DNA of 63,921 nucleotides, counting the filler, from Nemertoderma westbladi (taxonomy: Eukaryota > Animalia > Xenacoelomorpha): assembly GCA_032718475.1 (NCBI GenBank). It is 3 parts of 3 records of this genome, joined end to end, with 100 filler letters (N's around TTAATTAATTAA, not from the genome) between each part and the next. Parts side by side here need not be neighbours in the genome. Positions count along the whole stretch, not along the records: positions 1 to 28,763 come from JAUCBJ010002170.1; 2 more parts are not named here. One strand, 5' to 3'. Position numbers and translations under genes: made by a program. Positions 1 to 10,284 of the stretch are shown in pieces (positions within the stretch are counted from its first letter, which is position 1; the number at the start of each line of letters is the position of its first letter). The notes below the pieces were generated by a model. That model did not search any database. It was given only the letters and a program-made list of their open reading frames with translations, and was not told the DNA's origin.

Positions 1-3000
1 TCATTGTCCAGTAAATAATAGGACTCACTGGAATTAAGGATGGGCCAGTCTGGTTCAGCCAAACGAAGAAAATCCGGGCCATTAAGCCAATCAGTGGTTT
101 TCATAAATTTATGTGGTAATAAACCCCTACTCGCGTGGTCTGCAGGATTCAGTGCTCCAGGGCAATGACGCCACTGGTCTATGGTGGTATGCTCATGGAT
201 AATGCTGACCCTGTTGGCCACATAGGGTTTGAATCTACGAGATTCATTAGCTAAGTAAGCCAGTGTTACGGTTGAATCTGTCCAAAAGTTCATTGACCTA
301 ATGGGCAGGTCAATCTCACTACGCATTTTGACCGCGATTTCTACTGAAAGACGCGCGGCCTGGAGTTCTAGACGGGGTGTTGAGACATAGCGCAGAGGGG
401 CTGCACGGGATTTTGCTATAAGAAATCCCACGGTTAAGTCCCCATCTGGAGTAGTCGTTCTGATATAGGTAACAAAACCGTAACCTTTCTCACTAGCGTC
501 TGAAAAAGAATGCAATTCATAAACATTTTCTATAAAATAATTTGAAAAGTAAACTCTCGGTATACTTAGCTGGGATAAAGCAGAAAGTTGAAGCCTCCAG
601 TCGGTCAGCTGCTGCTCTAAAGTAACAGGAACGGGAGCATCCCATGATAGTTTCAATCGCCAAAGCTCCTGAAGTATGGTTCGAATGACAAGCGCAACTG
701 GTGCGATGAAGCCAAGGGGGTCGAACAGCGACCCGACAAGAGAGATAACTCCTCGTTTAGTTGAGCGCGTCTCTTTAATTCTCGTGTCTACAGAAAGGGT
801 GTCCGTTTCGGTGTTCCAGATGAGACCCAAGACTGTAGACACGTATGGAAGGTTTGGTTTGGGTGTCGCTAGCAGAGATGGATCTAGTTTATCAAGGAAT
901 TCTAGGCTGTTGGAGATGAATTTAACCAGTTGAAATCCACCCCTCGAAAGACAATCTACTAGTGAGTTCGCCAGACTGACTGATTCCCCCACGGTTGGTG
1001 CACCTGAACAACTGTCATCGTAGTAGAAATCTCGTTGGATCGCCTCATTGACGCGGGGGTCGTATAAGTGAGCATTGCCGCTTCCAGTTTTCCTGAGCGC
1101 GTCGAGTGCTACGGTTGGGGAATCTCCGGCTCCAAATATCCTGACCTCCATCCAGTACTCAGTTGGCTCCTTCGTTAAATCGCCTCCTTCCCACCAGAGA
1201 AATCTCAATGAATCTCGGTCCTGGGGATTAACGCGAACCTGATGGAACATGGCTCGAATATCTGCTGAGAATCCAATTAGGTGTTGCCTAAACCTACTTA
1301 AAACTCCGACTAATAAATTAGCTTGATCTGGGCCGTTCAAAAGGTTATCATTGAGTGATGTTCCTTTAAACATTGCGGAAGCATCAAAAACAACTCTAAC
1401 ACGGTTTGGTTTTTTGGGATGAAAAACTGGGTGATGTGATAAATACCAAGAGCGAGGGCCGTGATTTTCGGCCTCCTCTTGGGCTAGTTTTCTAGCGTAA
1501 CCTTGAGAAATATAATCCTCCACTTGTTCGGTGTACATAGCATGGAGTTCAGAATTAACAGCAAGGCGTTTTTTGAGCCAAGCTAGCCTTTTCTGAGCTT
1601 GCTGCTTATTACAAGGTAACGAGATGTTATCTCGTTTCCATAATAGCCCGGAGCTGTAATGTCCGTCTGAGGTCAGTTGGGCTTGGTTTAACAGTTTTTG
1701 TGCTCTGTGGTCTTCAAGGGAATAGTCATTGCCTAAAGAAGATGTTAAAGCGTCATGTTCCAAGAGTCGGCGCAAGTTCGTCTCTAGTTCATGTACAGTC
1801 GGGTCCAGGTCTTTGTCTGGGAGGTCTGTAGTCTGAGCTGAGTACCACTCGTTTGTTAGCGTCATATGCGCCTCCAGAAGTCTAGATGCAACAGATGAGT
1901 CCATTGGCGCAAGATTCGGTCCACAAACTACCCAACCAAATGGAGTTTTGACAGCATAAGGCTCATTATTGGGATCTGAGCCCCAGCGACTGTCGTATTG
2001 CTGCAAAGCAAGGGGAACATTCTGCCCAAGCAGTACGGTTACTTGTAGAATGTCTAAGTGAGGGTGGCTCAGGTCTATGTCGGACAAGTGTGGCCACTCT
2101 TCTACATCCCACTGTGTATAAGGGTTAAAGTTGTGTTTAAATTTGGAAATTACATCAAAATGTACGTCTCTAAAAAATTCACCTTTTGAATCCTGCGATG
2201 GATCGTCAACAGGTGAAACTGAACAAAGAACCTTTCCTACATCTAAGGATCTGTCATTATCTACACAGGTCATAAAAGAGACTGTTCTATGGTCTGTCGC
2301 TTTTAAGCCGAGCTCTGCAATCACATCGGCGTCTATAAAAGACGCACTAGAACCCGTGTCGAGCATACCATAGGTTGTTATTGTACGTCCTGTGTCAGTA
2401 TGCAAACGTATAGGAATTGTCTGCAACGCGGTATTTCTCGGCCGTTTATCTAAACAGACATTGGCTGAAATACTTTGTACATGTACAGTCTGTGAGTCTG
2501 TCACAGTTGGTTTGGATTGGGCTGTGGCGGTTGCATCTGACTTACTGGTACCAACATTAAGCCTACTCGGCTTTACACTTTCCTTAGTTTGTTCAGTAGG
2601 ATGTAGTAGAGTGTGGTGTCTCATGCTACAAACTCTACAACGAAATTTCGAAAGACAGTTAGGCGCAATGTGCCCTATTGCGAGGCAGTTATAACAAATA
2701 GGCTTAGAGTACTCGGATACAAACTTACGGCGTTCTGTTACAGAATTTGTAATAAATTTGTCACATCTATATAGCCTATCATGATCGCCCTTACAGCAAA
2801 TACAAAAATCAGAGCCCTTGTCTTTATCATGTCGAGTGGGCTGTACTGTATTTACTGAAGTCGTGTCTAGGTTGTTATTTGGTGTGTTACGAGAGTTTGA
2901 AGAGCTGTTAATGTCTGTACTTTTAACCTGTCTTTGCGCAGGGGGTTGGCTTGCAGGTGTGGAGCTTGGTCGTTGCTTGACCCTTGTAAATATCGGGTGG

Positions 3001-5813
3001 TTAAGCACCCGAGCTTCCTCTTGTACAAACGAGATTAGATCGGTTATGCCTGGGTTAGATTTATATCTGTCGTAATAACGACTTGCATGTCGTTGAAAAC
3101 GGTTAAACTGTTCATTAGGCATCCTTCCCGCGATAAGGTTCAGGTTCTCACCCGTGTTTATTTCTGCAGTTAAGCCGATGCTTTCAAGTGTGGTGTAACC
3201 AAGTAACAATTCGTCGGCAAACTTCAGTAGGTCCGCGGGTGTGTTGCTATAATTCGGGCCGCGTATAATGGTCGATAGCACAGACTTGACTACCTTTGAT
3301 GGGTGGCCAAATCTCTCGTTGAGGCGGGTCCACGCTAATGAATAACCATTGGCTACTCCTTGGAGGTTGTCTACAAGTTTACGTGGTTCACCTATTGTAT
3401 ACTGTACAAGGTACATTAACTTTTCGCAGTCCGTTATTGGCTTACACCCAATGAGACTTTGAAAGGTCTCTTTGAATCGCAAAATTTCAGTAGGCTTGCC
3501 GTCGAATTTGGTGGGGTCAGGAGATGGAAGAGACAGTCGTAATAGTATGGATTGGTCTAAGCTACTGGGGACTGAGCTGTCGGATCCTACGTCTGGCGTC
3601 GCTCGCAAATGTCCTGTACTGTCAGTCGCAGGTGTCTCGAAATGACCCACCGTCGGCAGAGATTGTGTCTGAGTTGGATTCAAATTTTGGGGGTAGCGCT
3701 CTGGGACAAAGGCCTGGCGAGTCTGAGAATGATAATGTGGTCTATAAAAGGGATGTGGTGTTGTGTTTCTAGGCTGAAACTGTACACTGGGTTGTCTATA
3801 ATATTGAGTGACAGCTGGAACCCTGCTCGTACGTCCATGGTGAAACTCCACCATGCTATCTAGTGAGGGATGGTTAAAAGTGGGTTCTACGGCAGGATGG
3901 GATAGGTCTGCTACAGTAGAATAAATGGTTCGAGGGTTATACTCTGGTACATGTGGATTTAATTCGGATTGGGCACGACTGTTAACTGTGTCGGCATATA
4001 TTGGAACTGTCTGATACTGCGTAGTATTAACTACAACTGGTATTGACTGCTTGACGGAAGAACATATATTTATGCTATTACCAGAAGCCTTGTCTACTAC
4101 AGTAGAGTGGATGGTTCTAGGGTTATATTCTGGTACATATGGATTTAATACGGATGGGACACAGTCGTTAACTGTGTCAGTATATATCGGTACAGTACGA
4201 TACTGCGTAGTATTAACTACTGGTACAGACTGCTGGACATTTTCTGGGACATTTGCTGGACAAGCCTGGTCTGCAGCAATTGTACTACTTATACCTACAG
4301 TATTACTCGCACTTACTGTATGAGTACCCGCTATATTAATTGAGCTAGTGACTGGAGGGGTTATACTGGTAATATTTGGACAGGTACTATCAGGAGGTAC
4401 AAGTAAATATGCGCTGCTAATAGGAGTTGCAGTAGTATTACCAGTAAGTTCATTTTCGTAAAATTGAGACTCAAGCTCTGCCTCGTCGTGTTCGATTTCT
4501 CGACGTAGTTGCCTCTGTCGAAGTTGTCTTTGTCGTAGTTCGGTCTGAATTTGGTCTAGTTCTGCGTCGCGTTGTAAATGCAGTTTAGATTTTTGTAATT
4601 TTAAACGCGCCGCACGAGCGATTCCGCTGAGTTTGGAACTCGAAACGGAAGAAATTCTACTGTCCTTGGTTTTGTTGCTAGTATTAGATGCTATATTACT
4701 TACAGAATCGTCGGGGTGGACATCGTCGCCGTGGGGATCGTTCCGGGATCTCCGTGTTTGACTCGCCGTGGGGTGACGCTCCTGGGTCGCTCTGAGACGA
4801 TTATAGGTGCCCTGTCGGCCCTCAGTCGGGTGGGTATTCGTTTCTGAACGAGGCCAATCTCTTCGGTGCAGAGCTGCACCTTGCTGACGGTCGCTACCGG
4901 TACTCGCTGGCGGGATAATAAACTGGGCTGTGTTATATTCCTGTTCTGATACCTGTAAAATAGATGGCACAGCAGTATCTCGGCTACTCGACAAAACGCT
5001 GCCTACTGCACCTGTGGTGTTACGGTGAAAAGGCTGGTTTATGTCTTGCGAAATTGACTGACTTTCCTGTGGTGAGATTGATGTTGTTGAATGTGTAGGT
5101 CTATCAACGCATGTAACTAAAGAATTATCAAAATTCGTCAAAGGACCATACAAACCATCTCTAGTTGCGTCCATTAGAGATTGAAAGTTGTCTCCTAACT
5201 GGGATGGTTGGCGAGCAGAAATCTCGCCAGTATTACCGATAGTGGACTCAGGAATAATTGTTGGATCTGCAACTAAATTAGCAGGATTATTACCGGTAGC
5301 TTGTAGGCCTACCGTTACAGCATTAGGATGAGAGTCCGTTGTACCGGTACATTTAATTATAAATAGTTCGTATTCGCGTTTTAACATTTCAAAACGGAAT
5401 TTTACATCCGCAGAGACAGACCAAATTTGGTCAACCAAAGGTATTTCACTAGGATTGCTGTGTCCTTTGGATAATGTTAGAATGCATAACTTGGATTTTT
5501 CTAGAAGTTTAGAAAATGATCTGTTTAAGGCCATCCAGAGTGCACTTACCTGCTGGGCGTCGTGTTGTGTAAATTCGTCACAATCGGCGATTGCGGCTAT
5601 TAGCGCGTTCTCACTCCGGGTGAATGCCGCCTTGTAGCCACCCCAGCTCCTGCCGATTGACAGCGACAGGACGGCTTGCCCATCGGTTGGGCTTCGGCCC
5701 GACGTCTCATTGTTTAACGGTGCGTCCATCGTCTCAGCAGGGAGGGTAGTACCGGTAGTTGACGGGCTCGTAGTTAATGTAACTTGTTCGTCGGTAAGAA
5801 GTGTCCGATCCAT
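1..5813 (-). CDS. BEL/Pao retrotransposon Gag-Pol polyprotein (element C), running off the left edge of the window
   Basis: ATG at 5813 (MDRTLLTDEQ...) is in the same frame as the RT motif at ~1020 and the window start. Hand translation shows zinc knuckles (CICCKGDH, CYNCLAIGHIAPNC, CRVCSMRHHTLLH, ~2600-2810), protease MLDTGS (~2350), RT FYYDD (1014-1028) and RNase H LHSFSDASEKGYG and DQWRHCPGALNPADHASRG. Its absence from the ORF track is consistent with no stop codon inside the window. Confidence 0.93.
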   Translation of the reverse strand, partial: MDRTLLTDEQVTLTTSPSTTGTTLPAETMDAPLNNETSGRSPTDGQAVLSLSIGRSWGGYKAAFTRSENALIAAIADCDEFTQHDAQQVSALWMALNRSFSKLLEKSKLCILTLSKGHSNPSEIPLVDQIWSVSADVKFRFEMLKREYELFIIKCTGTTDSHPNAVTVGLQATGNNPANLVADPTIIPESTIGNTGEISARQPSQLGDNFQSLMDATRDGLYGPLTNFDNSLVTCVDRPTHSTTSISPQESQSISQDINQPFHRNTTGAVGSVLSSSRDTAVPSILQVSEQEYNTAQFIIPPASTGSDRQQGAALHRRDWPRSETNTHPTEGRQGTYNRLRATQERHPTASQTRRSRNDPHGDDVHPDDSVSNIASNTSNKTKDSRISSVSSSKLSGIARAARLKLQKSKLHLQRDAELDQIQTELRQRQLRQRQLRREIEHDEAELESQFYENELTGNTTATPISSAYLLVPPDSTCPNITSITPPVTSSINIAGTHTVSASNTVGISSTIAADQACPANVPENVQQSVPVVNTTQYRTVPIYTDTVNDCVPSVLNPYVPEYNPRTIHSTVVDKASGNSINICSSVKQSIPVVVNTTQYQTVPIYADTVNSRAQSELNPHVPEYNPRTIYSTVADLSHPAVEPTFNHPSLDSMVEFHHGRTSRVPAVTQYYRQPSVQFQPRNTTPHPFYRPHYHSQTRQAFVPERYPQNLNPTQTQSLPTVGHFETPATDSTGHLRATPDVGSDSSVPSSLDQSILLRLSLPSPDPTKFDGKPTEILRFKETFQSLIGCKPITDCEKLMYLVQYTIGEPRKLVDNLQGVANGYSLAWTRLNERFGHPSKVVKSVLSTIIRGPNYSNTPADLLKFADELLLGYTTLESIGLTAEINTGENLNLIAGRMPNEQFNRFQRHASRYYDRYKSNPGITDLISFVQEEARVLNHPIFTRVKQRPSSTPASQPPAQRQVKSTDINSSSNSRNTPNNNLDTTSVNTVQPTRHDKDKGSDFCICCKGDHDRLYRCDKFITNSVTERRKFVSEYSKPICYNCLAIGHIAPNCLSKFRCRVCSMRHHTLLHPTEQTKESVKPSRLNVGTSKSDATATAQSKPTVTDSQTVHVQSISANVCLDKRPRNTALQTIPIRLHTDTGRTITTYGMLDTGSSASFIDADVIAELGLKATDHRTVSFMTCVDNDRSLDVGKVLCSVSPVDDPSQDSKGEFFRDVHFDVISKFKHNFNPYTQWDVEEWPHLSDIDLSHPHLDILQVTVLLGQNVPLALQQYDSRWGSDPNNEPYAVKTPFGWVVCGPNLAPMDSSVASRLLEAHMTLTNEWYSAQTTDLPDKDLDPTVHELETNLRRLLEHDALTSSLGNDYSLEDHRAQKLLNQAQLTSDGHYSSGLLWKRDNISLPCNKQQAQKRLAWLKKRLAVNSELHAMYTEQVEDYISQGYARKLAQEEAENHGPRSWYLSHHPVFHPKKPNRVRVVFDASAMFKGTSLNDNLLNGPDQANLLVGVLSRFRQHLIGFSADIRAMFHQVRVNPQDRDSLRFLWWEGGDLTKEPTEYWMEVRIFGAGDSPTVALDALRKTGSGNAHLYDPRVNEAIQRDFYYDDSCSGAPTVGESVSLANSLVDCLSRGGFQLVKFISNSLEFLDKLDPSLLATPKPNLPYVSTVLGLIWNTETDTLSVDTRIKETRSTKRGVISLVGSLFDPLGFIAPVALVIRTILQELWRLKLSWDAPVPVTLEQQLTDWRLQLSALSQLSIPRVYFSNYFIENVYELHSFSDASEKGYGFVTYIRTTTPDGDLTVGFLIAKSRAAPLRYVSTPRLELQAARLSVEIAVKMRSEIDLPIRSMNFWTDSTVTLAYLANESRRFKPYVANRVSIIHEHTTIDQWRHCPGALNPADHASRGLLPHKFMKTTDWLNGPDFLRLAEPDWPILNSSESYYLLDN

Positions 5814-7408
5814 GACTTTGCGGTTGCGGTTTTCCCTGTTTCTTTTACTACAGTACGGTAGGTAGGCCAGTACAGCAGTAAGTACTGAAGTACCGGTAGA
5901 CCGGTACGGTAAAACAAAGGTATCGTGTTTCACGCTGTTGTAGCGGCCAGGCTACTGTGCGGCTGACCGCGTTAAAATTTTGGTGCGGCGGGTTGAAATA
6001 TTGCAGTATGGCGGTGTTTTGTATTACGCGCACAATCGAGCATACTAGGGTTGAAAATGACTTGGGTGTGATTAAGTTCAGTTTTATTTATTATCAATTA
6101 TTGTAGGGCGATAGTTCATTATTTTCAATAATTCGATAAAATATTATTATATAATTTACAATTTACCGGTAATTAAATAGAATTGTTTGAAAACTGCGTT
6201 AATAAACTGTTAAATAGGGGTATTATCAAAAGGTTGGGAAAAAATTCGTCTGTTTTGGTAAAGTATTGAAAATGAAAAATAGGTGAACCGGTAATGGTAA
6301 AAGTAAAACAATAAATTTAAGGTCTGAATAAGGGGCAAGGGGGGGACTCGATTGAGCGGTGAAACACGCTGCCTAACAACCGACCAAAATTATCAGTGAA
6401 AAGGATCCCTTAATAAAGATTCTGAGCTTTTTTATAGTAATTTGTGCATTAAGGGGGTTCCCGATATATTACTCGATAATTAACGGTCAAAGTTCAAACA
6501 CTGGCATCTGAATGATATTGCTGAATTAATAATTACGGGTATAGCCAATAGGATGGCTGGGGAGCCTATACATGGGGATAGCCTCACTGTGTCAACTGCT
6601 AAATCAGGGCAATGCATCTATATTGGATATAGTGAATGCTCATACTACGCTAAGTTGCATTCTAAGTACAGTGATTGGATCGGTCATTCAAAAAAAACCC
6701 ACAAAGAATGAATGAATGTAAAAATACATGAGTTTGTTTGAAGGTAATCCAATCCAATTAAGGCGGCCCTTCTGATGAAATGATAAATGATATTGAAGGT
6801 AGTCCAATCCCGTCAAGGTGGCCCTTCTGATGGAATGAAACGATATGCGGGATTGAATGAATAACCAAACCAAGAACTGCACAATAAAATGATTGTATGC
6901 GTGGTAAGGGCAGAATAATTGGCAATTTAATTCATTTTATCTATGTGAAACTGCCCATGTACAAACTTCCCAGACACCGGGAGGGTGCCGAAAATTTCAG
7001 GTCTGCCGTCATTCTAATGCCTGGAAAAGGTTAGTGATCAAAATGGTAACGGAATAGCCCAAAATGCACAAAAATAACTATAAATAAATATCATTCTAGC
7101 ATTTTAGAAGTTTGAGTTTGGCCGTCGGCGCAACGTGAATCGCTAATTAAGAGGGTTCTGAGCGGATTATTAAATACAGTATATACGTGGATATTAAATG
7201 CTTAAAGATAAGAATAATTTAAAACAAAATACAGTATATGACGTTATAATAATAATAAAATAAATAATTATATGTACTGGAAAAAGGTTAATTACTGTCA
7301 TGGGTAAAGGGTTCGGTGGCAACATTATAGGGAAAATGGGCTTAAAGCCGCAACACGCATAGTGGGCAAAGCCGCAACAAAAGGATAATGGGCTCTACCG
7401 CCGCAACA
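1..7408 (-). mobile_element. BEL/Pao LTR retrotransposon C (5' LTR, leader and partial gag-pol)
   Basis: Gag-pol as above. A likely LTR start TGTTGCGGC lies on the minus strand at 7408 (gccgcaaca motif repeated three times, 7345-7408). The inner LTR boundary could not be fixed. Confidence 0.75.
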
Positions 7409-7664
7409 ATGGTCACAACTACTACTGGTAGGTTACGAAACTGAAAGTAAATAAATAAGGGGCCTAAATAAATAATAAATAGAAATACGATTAAATATTG
7501 GATGAAAGTGGATAAATAAAGAGGATAAATGGGACAGACGAATTTAATTGCAGCTAAATTTTTGATGTGCTGAGCGTTAGCCTACAAACCCTTATTTAAA
7601 AAAATTGTTACTATCGATATTTTTACTCTCGATATTTTTCATCTTCATATTTTTACTCTCGATA

Positions 7665-8820
7665 TTTGACTTCTTCAAGGCCTTTGATTCAGTCTCTCGC
7701 TCACGTATGTTCAGCATACTTTCATTATATGGGATTCCTGATGAAATTATTGCAGCAATCAGATCAGTATACGATGGTTCAACAACATTTGTGTCTACTG
7801 TTGACGGTGACACAGAACCATTTGAAGTGTTATGGGGCGTCCTCCAAGGAGACACACTTGCACCATTCTTGTTCATTATTGTGGTTGACTATGTTCTACG
7901 CATGTCCTTAGATCATCATAATGATGATGGGGTGATGATAACTCCACCTACTGGCTCCAGAAGTCGAGGAAATCCTGCCAAGTACCTAACTGATCTAGAC
8001 TTTGCTGATGACTTAGGAGTACTCTCAGAATCATTAGAGGGAGCCCAGCGGCTCCTCAGCTCATTAGAACATGCTGCTTCTAGTGTTGGTCTTTTTATTA
8101 ACTCCAGAAAGACCAAAATTCTGACAGTTAACTTTGAAAGTCCTCAGCAAGTCTCTGATCGGATGAGCATAAGCTCAAAGGATGGTATGCTTGAGCATGT
8201 GGACGACTTCTGTTACCTGGGATCATGGATCCGGAAGTCAGGTGAGGACCTTCGAATACGTAAGGGAAAGGCATGGGCAGCCTTGAATAGGCTTTCCAGG
8301 ATTTGGAAGTCACCTAGAATTAATCGGAAACTTAAGGTCCGATTATTTAGAGCAGCAGTAGTTCCAGTACTCCTCTACGGGAGTCCATGCTGGGCTCTAA
8401 CTGCTGAGGACACCAAATCTCTGGATGGCACATTCACAAGAATGCTACGCCGGGTACATTGTGTCAAGTACAATGCACACATCTCCAACCAGACACTATA
8501 TAACATTGGAGGTGTCTCATTGGTTCCCCCAAGCTTGACACTAGAACAAAATCGGCTCCGCTTTGCAGGACATTGCTTTCGCCGTGAGGACCAGCCAGTG
8601 CATAATCTTGTACTTTGGCAGCCTCATGGAGTGAATAAGCATGGTGGACAACCCATGACTTTCTTGAGACGCATCTTAAAGGACACTGGCCTTGAAGATG
8701 CGGATGATCTAGCAAATGTCATGGGTGATAGGGAGTTGTGGCGGTGCGATTTTGTCGATAAGCCGGCACAGCATTCTTAAAAATGCAGCTGCAATGCAGC
8801 ATGCCGATCCTAGTAGTAGT
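7665..8820 (+). mobile_element. 5'-truncated RTE-clade LINE with open RT C-terminal ORF and (TAG)n tail
   Basis: DFFKAFDSV, GVLQGDTLAPFLF, LDFADD, FCYLGS and RLRFAGHCFR motifs; stop at 8780; tail tagtagtagt; flanked by a 59-bp direct repeat (7583-7641 and 8820-8878). Confidence 0.92.
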
Positions 8821-8849
8821 ACAAACCCTTATTTAAAAAAATTGTTACT

Positions 8850-9220
8850 ATCGATATTTTTACTCTCGATATTTTTCAACACTCGATATTTTTCAACACT
8901 CGATATTTTTCAACACTCGATATTTTTCAACATTCGATATTTTTCAACACTCGATATTTTTACTCTCGATATTTTTCAACACTCGATATTTTTACTCTCG
9001 ATATTTTTCAACACTCGATATTTTTACTCTAGATATTTTTCAACACTCGATATTTTTACTCTCGATATTTTTCAACACTCGATATTTTTACTCTCGGTAT
9101 TTTTCAACACTCGATATTTTTCAACACTCGATATTTTTCAACACTCGATATTTTTACTCTCGATATTTTTACTCGCGTTATTTTTATTCTCGATATTTTT
9201 CATGTCTCGATATTTTTCAA
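8850..9220. repeat. Minisatellite of 15-17-bp units (tcgatatttttcaacac / tcgatatttttactc)
   Basis: Tandem units directly visible. Confidence 0.95.
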
Positions 9221-9224
9221 TATA

Positions 9225-10284
9225 ACCATCTAAGGTTATTTGTGTTACATACGGTGCATCTAAGTTTAGCCGTGTTACAAACGGTGGTACATCTAAGGTT
9301 TTCTGTGTTATAAACTGGTACATATAACGTTAGCTTATGTCACAAACGGAACATCTAAGGTTAGTTGTGTTACAAACGGTACATCTAAGGTTATCTATTT
9401 CACAAACGGTACATCTAAGGTTATCTGTGTGACAAACTGATGTGTGCGTGTTGATCTGTGACAAAATGTGTGTAAGGCGGGGTAGCTCAGTTGGTTGAGC
9501 GCCGGGCCTGCAATCTATTGGTTGTAGCTTCAGCTCCGCCAGGGTCCACTCAGCCTTTCATCCACTGGGGTCGATAAAATGAGTACCAGTTAAATAACTG
9601 GGAGCAAATTTTGGGATAGGAGTAGCGCCCACCCTTACCCTCGGGTAGAAGCTATCGAAAGAGGAGCCTTTGGGTCGCCTCCGGCTTTGGCCGACTGTTT
9701 GCTTTTGCTTTTGTGTGACAAACGGTACATCTAAGGTTATCTATGACACAAACGGTACATCTAACGTTAGTGGTGTTACAAACGGTACATCTAAGGTTAG
9801 CAGTGTCACCAACGGTACATCTGGGGTTAATAGTGTCACAAACGGTACATCTGGGGTTAGTAGTGTTACAAACGGTACATCTAAGGTGAGTAGTGTTACA
9901 AACGGTACATCTGGGGTTAGTAGTGTTACAAACGGTACATCTAAGGTTAGTAGTGTTACAAACGGTACATCTAAGGTTATCTATGACACAAACGGTACAT
10001 CTAAGGTTATTAGTGTTACAAACGGTACATCTAAGGTTAGTAGTGTTACAAACGGTACATCTAAGATTACCAGTGTCACAAACGGTACATCTGGGGTTAG
10101 TAGTGTTACAAACGGTACATCTGGGGTTAGTAGTGTTACAAACGGTACATCTGGGATTAGTAGTGTTACAAACGGTACATTTGGGGTTAGTAGTGTTACA
10201 AACGGTACATCTGGGGTTAGTAGTGTTACAAACGGTACATCTGGGGTTAGTAGTGTTACAAACGGTACATTTGGGGTTAGTAGT
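9225..10284. repeat. 30-bp minisatellite (acaaacggtacatctaaggttagtagtgtt), interrupted by a SINE
   Basis: 30-bp periodicity visible at 9721-10284; more degenerate units at 9225-9438. Confidence 0.95.
9476..9712 (+). mobile_element. tRNA-derived SINE (possibly Meta-SINE type)
   Basis: tRNA-like head ggcggggtagctcagttggttgagcg with A box, a TGC anticodon-like loop and a degenerate B box. Central gtccactcagcctttcatcc...aaatgagtacc segment; (ttttgc)n tail; tgtgtgacaaac repeated on both sides. Confidence 0.8.

Noticed and set aside
676-5637. Short plus-strand ORFs in the ORF track
   Set aside because: Antisense shadows of the minus-strand gag-pol.
6401-6462. Self-priming duplex in BEL element C (ggatcccttaat / attaagggggttcc)
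   Set aside because: Only ~7-8 bp pair and no CA-ending LTR boundary is adjacent; unresolved without the 3' LTR.
7605-7664. Signal-peptide-like N-terminus on the RTE RT ORF
   Set aside because: It is chance in-frame translation of the flanking TSD and minisatellite.
9476-9545. tRNA-Ala gene
   Set aside because: Anticodon and T stems are degenerate and the sequence continues into a SINE body and tail.
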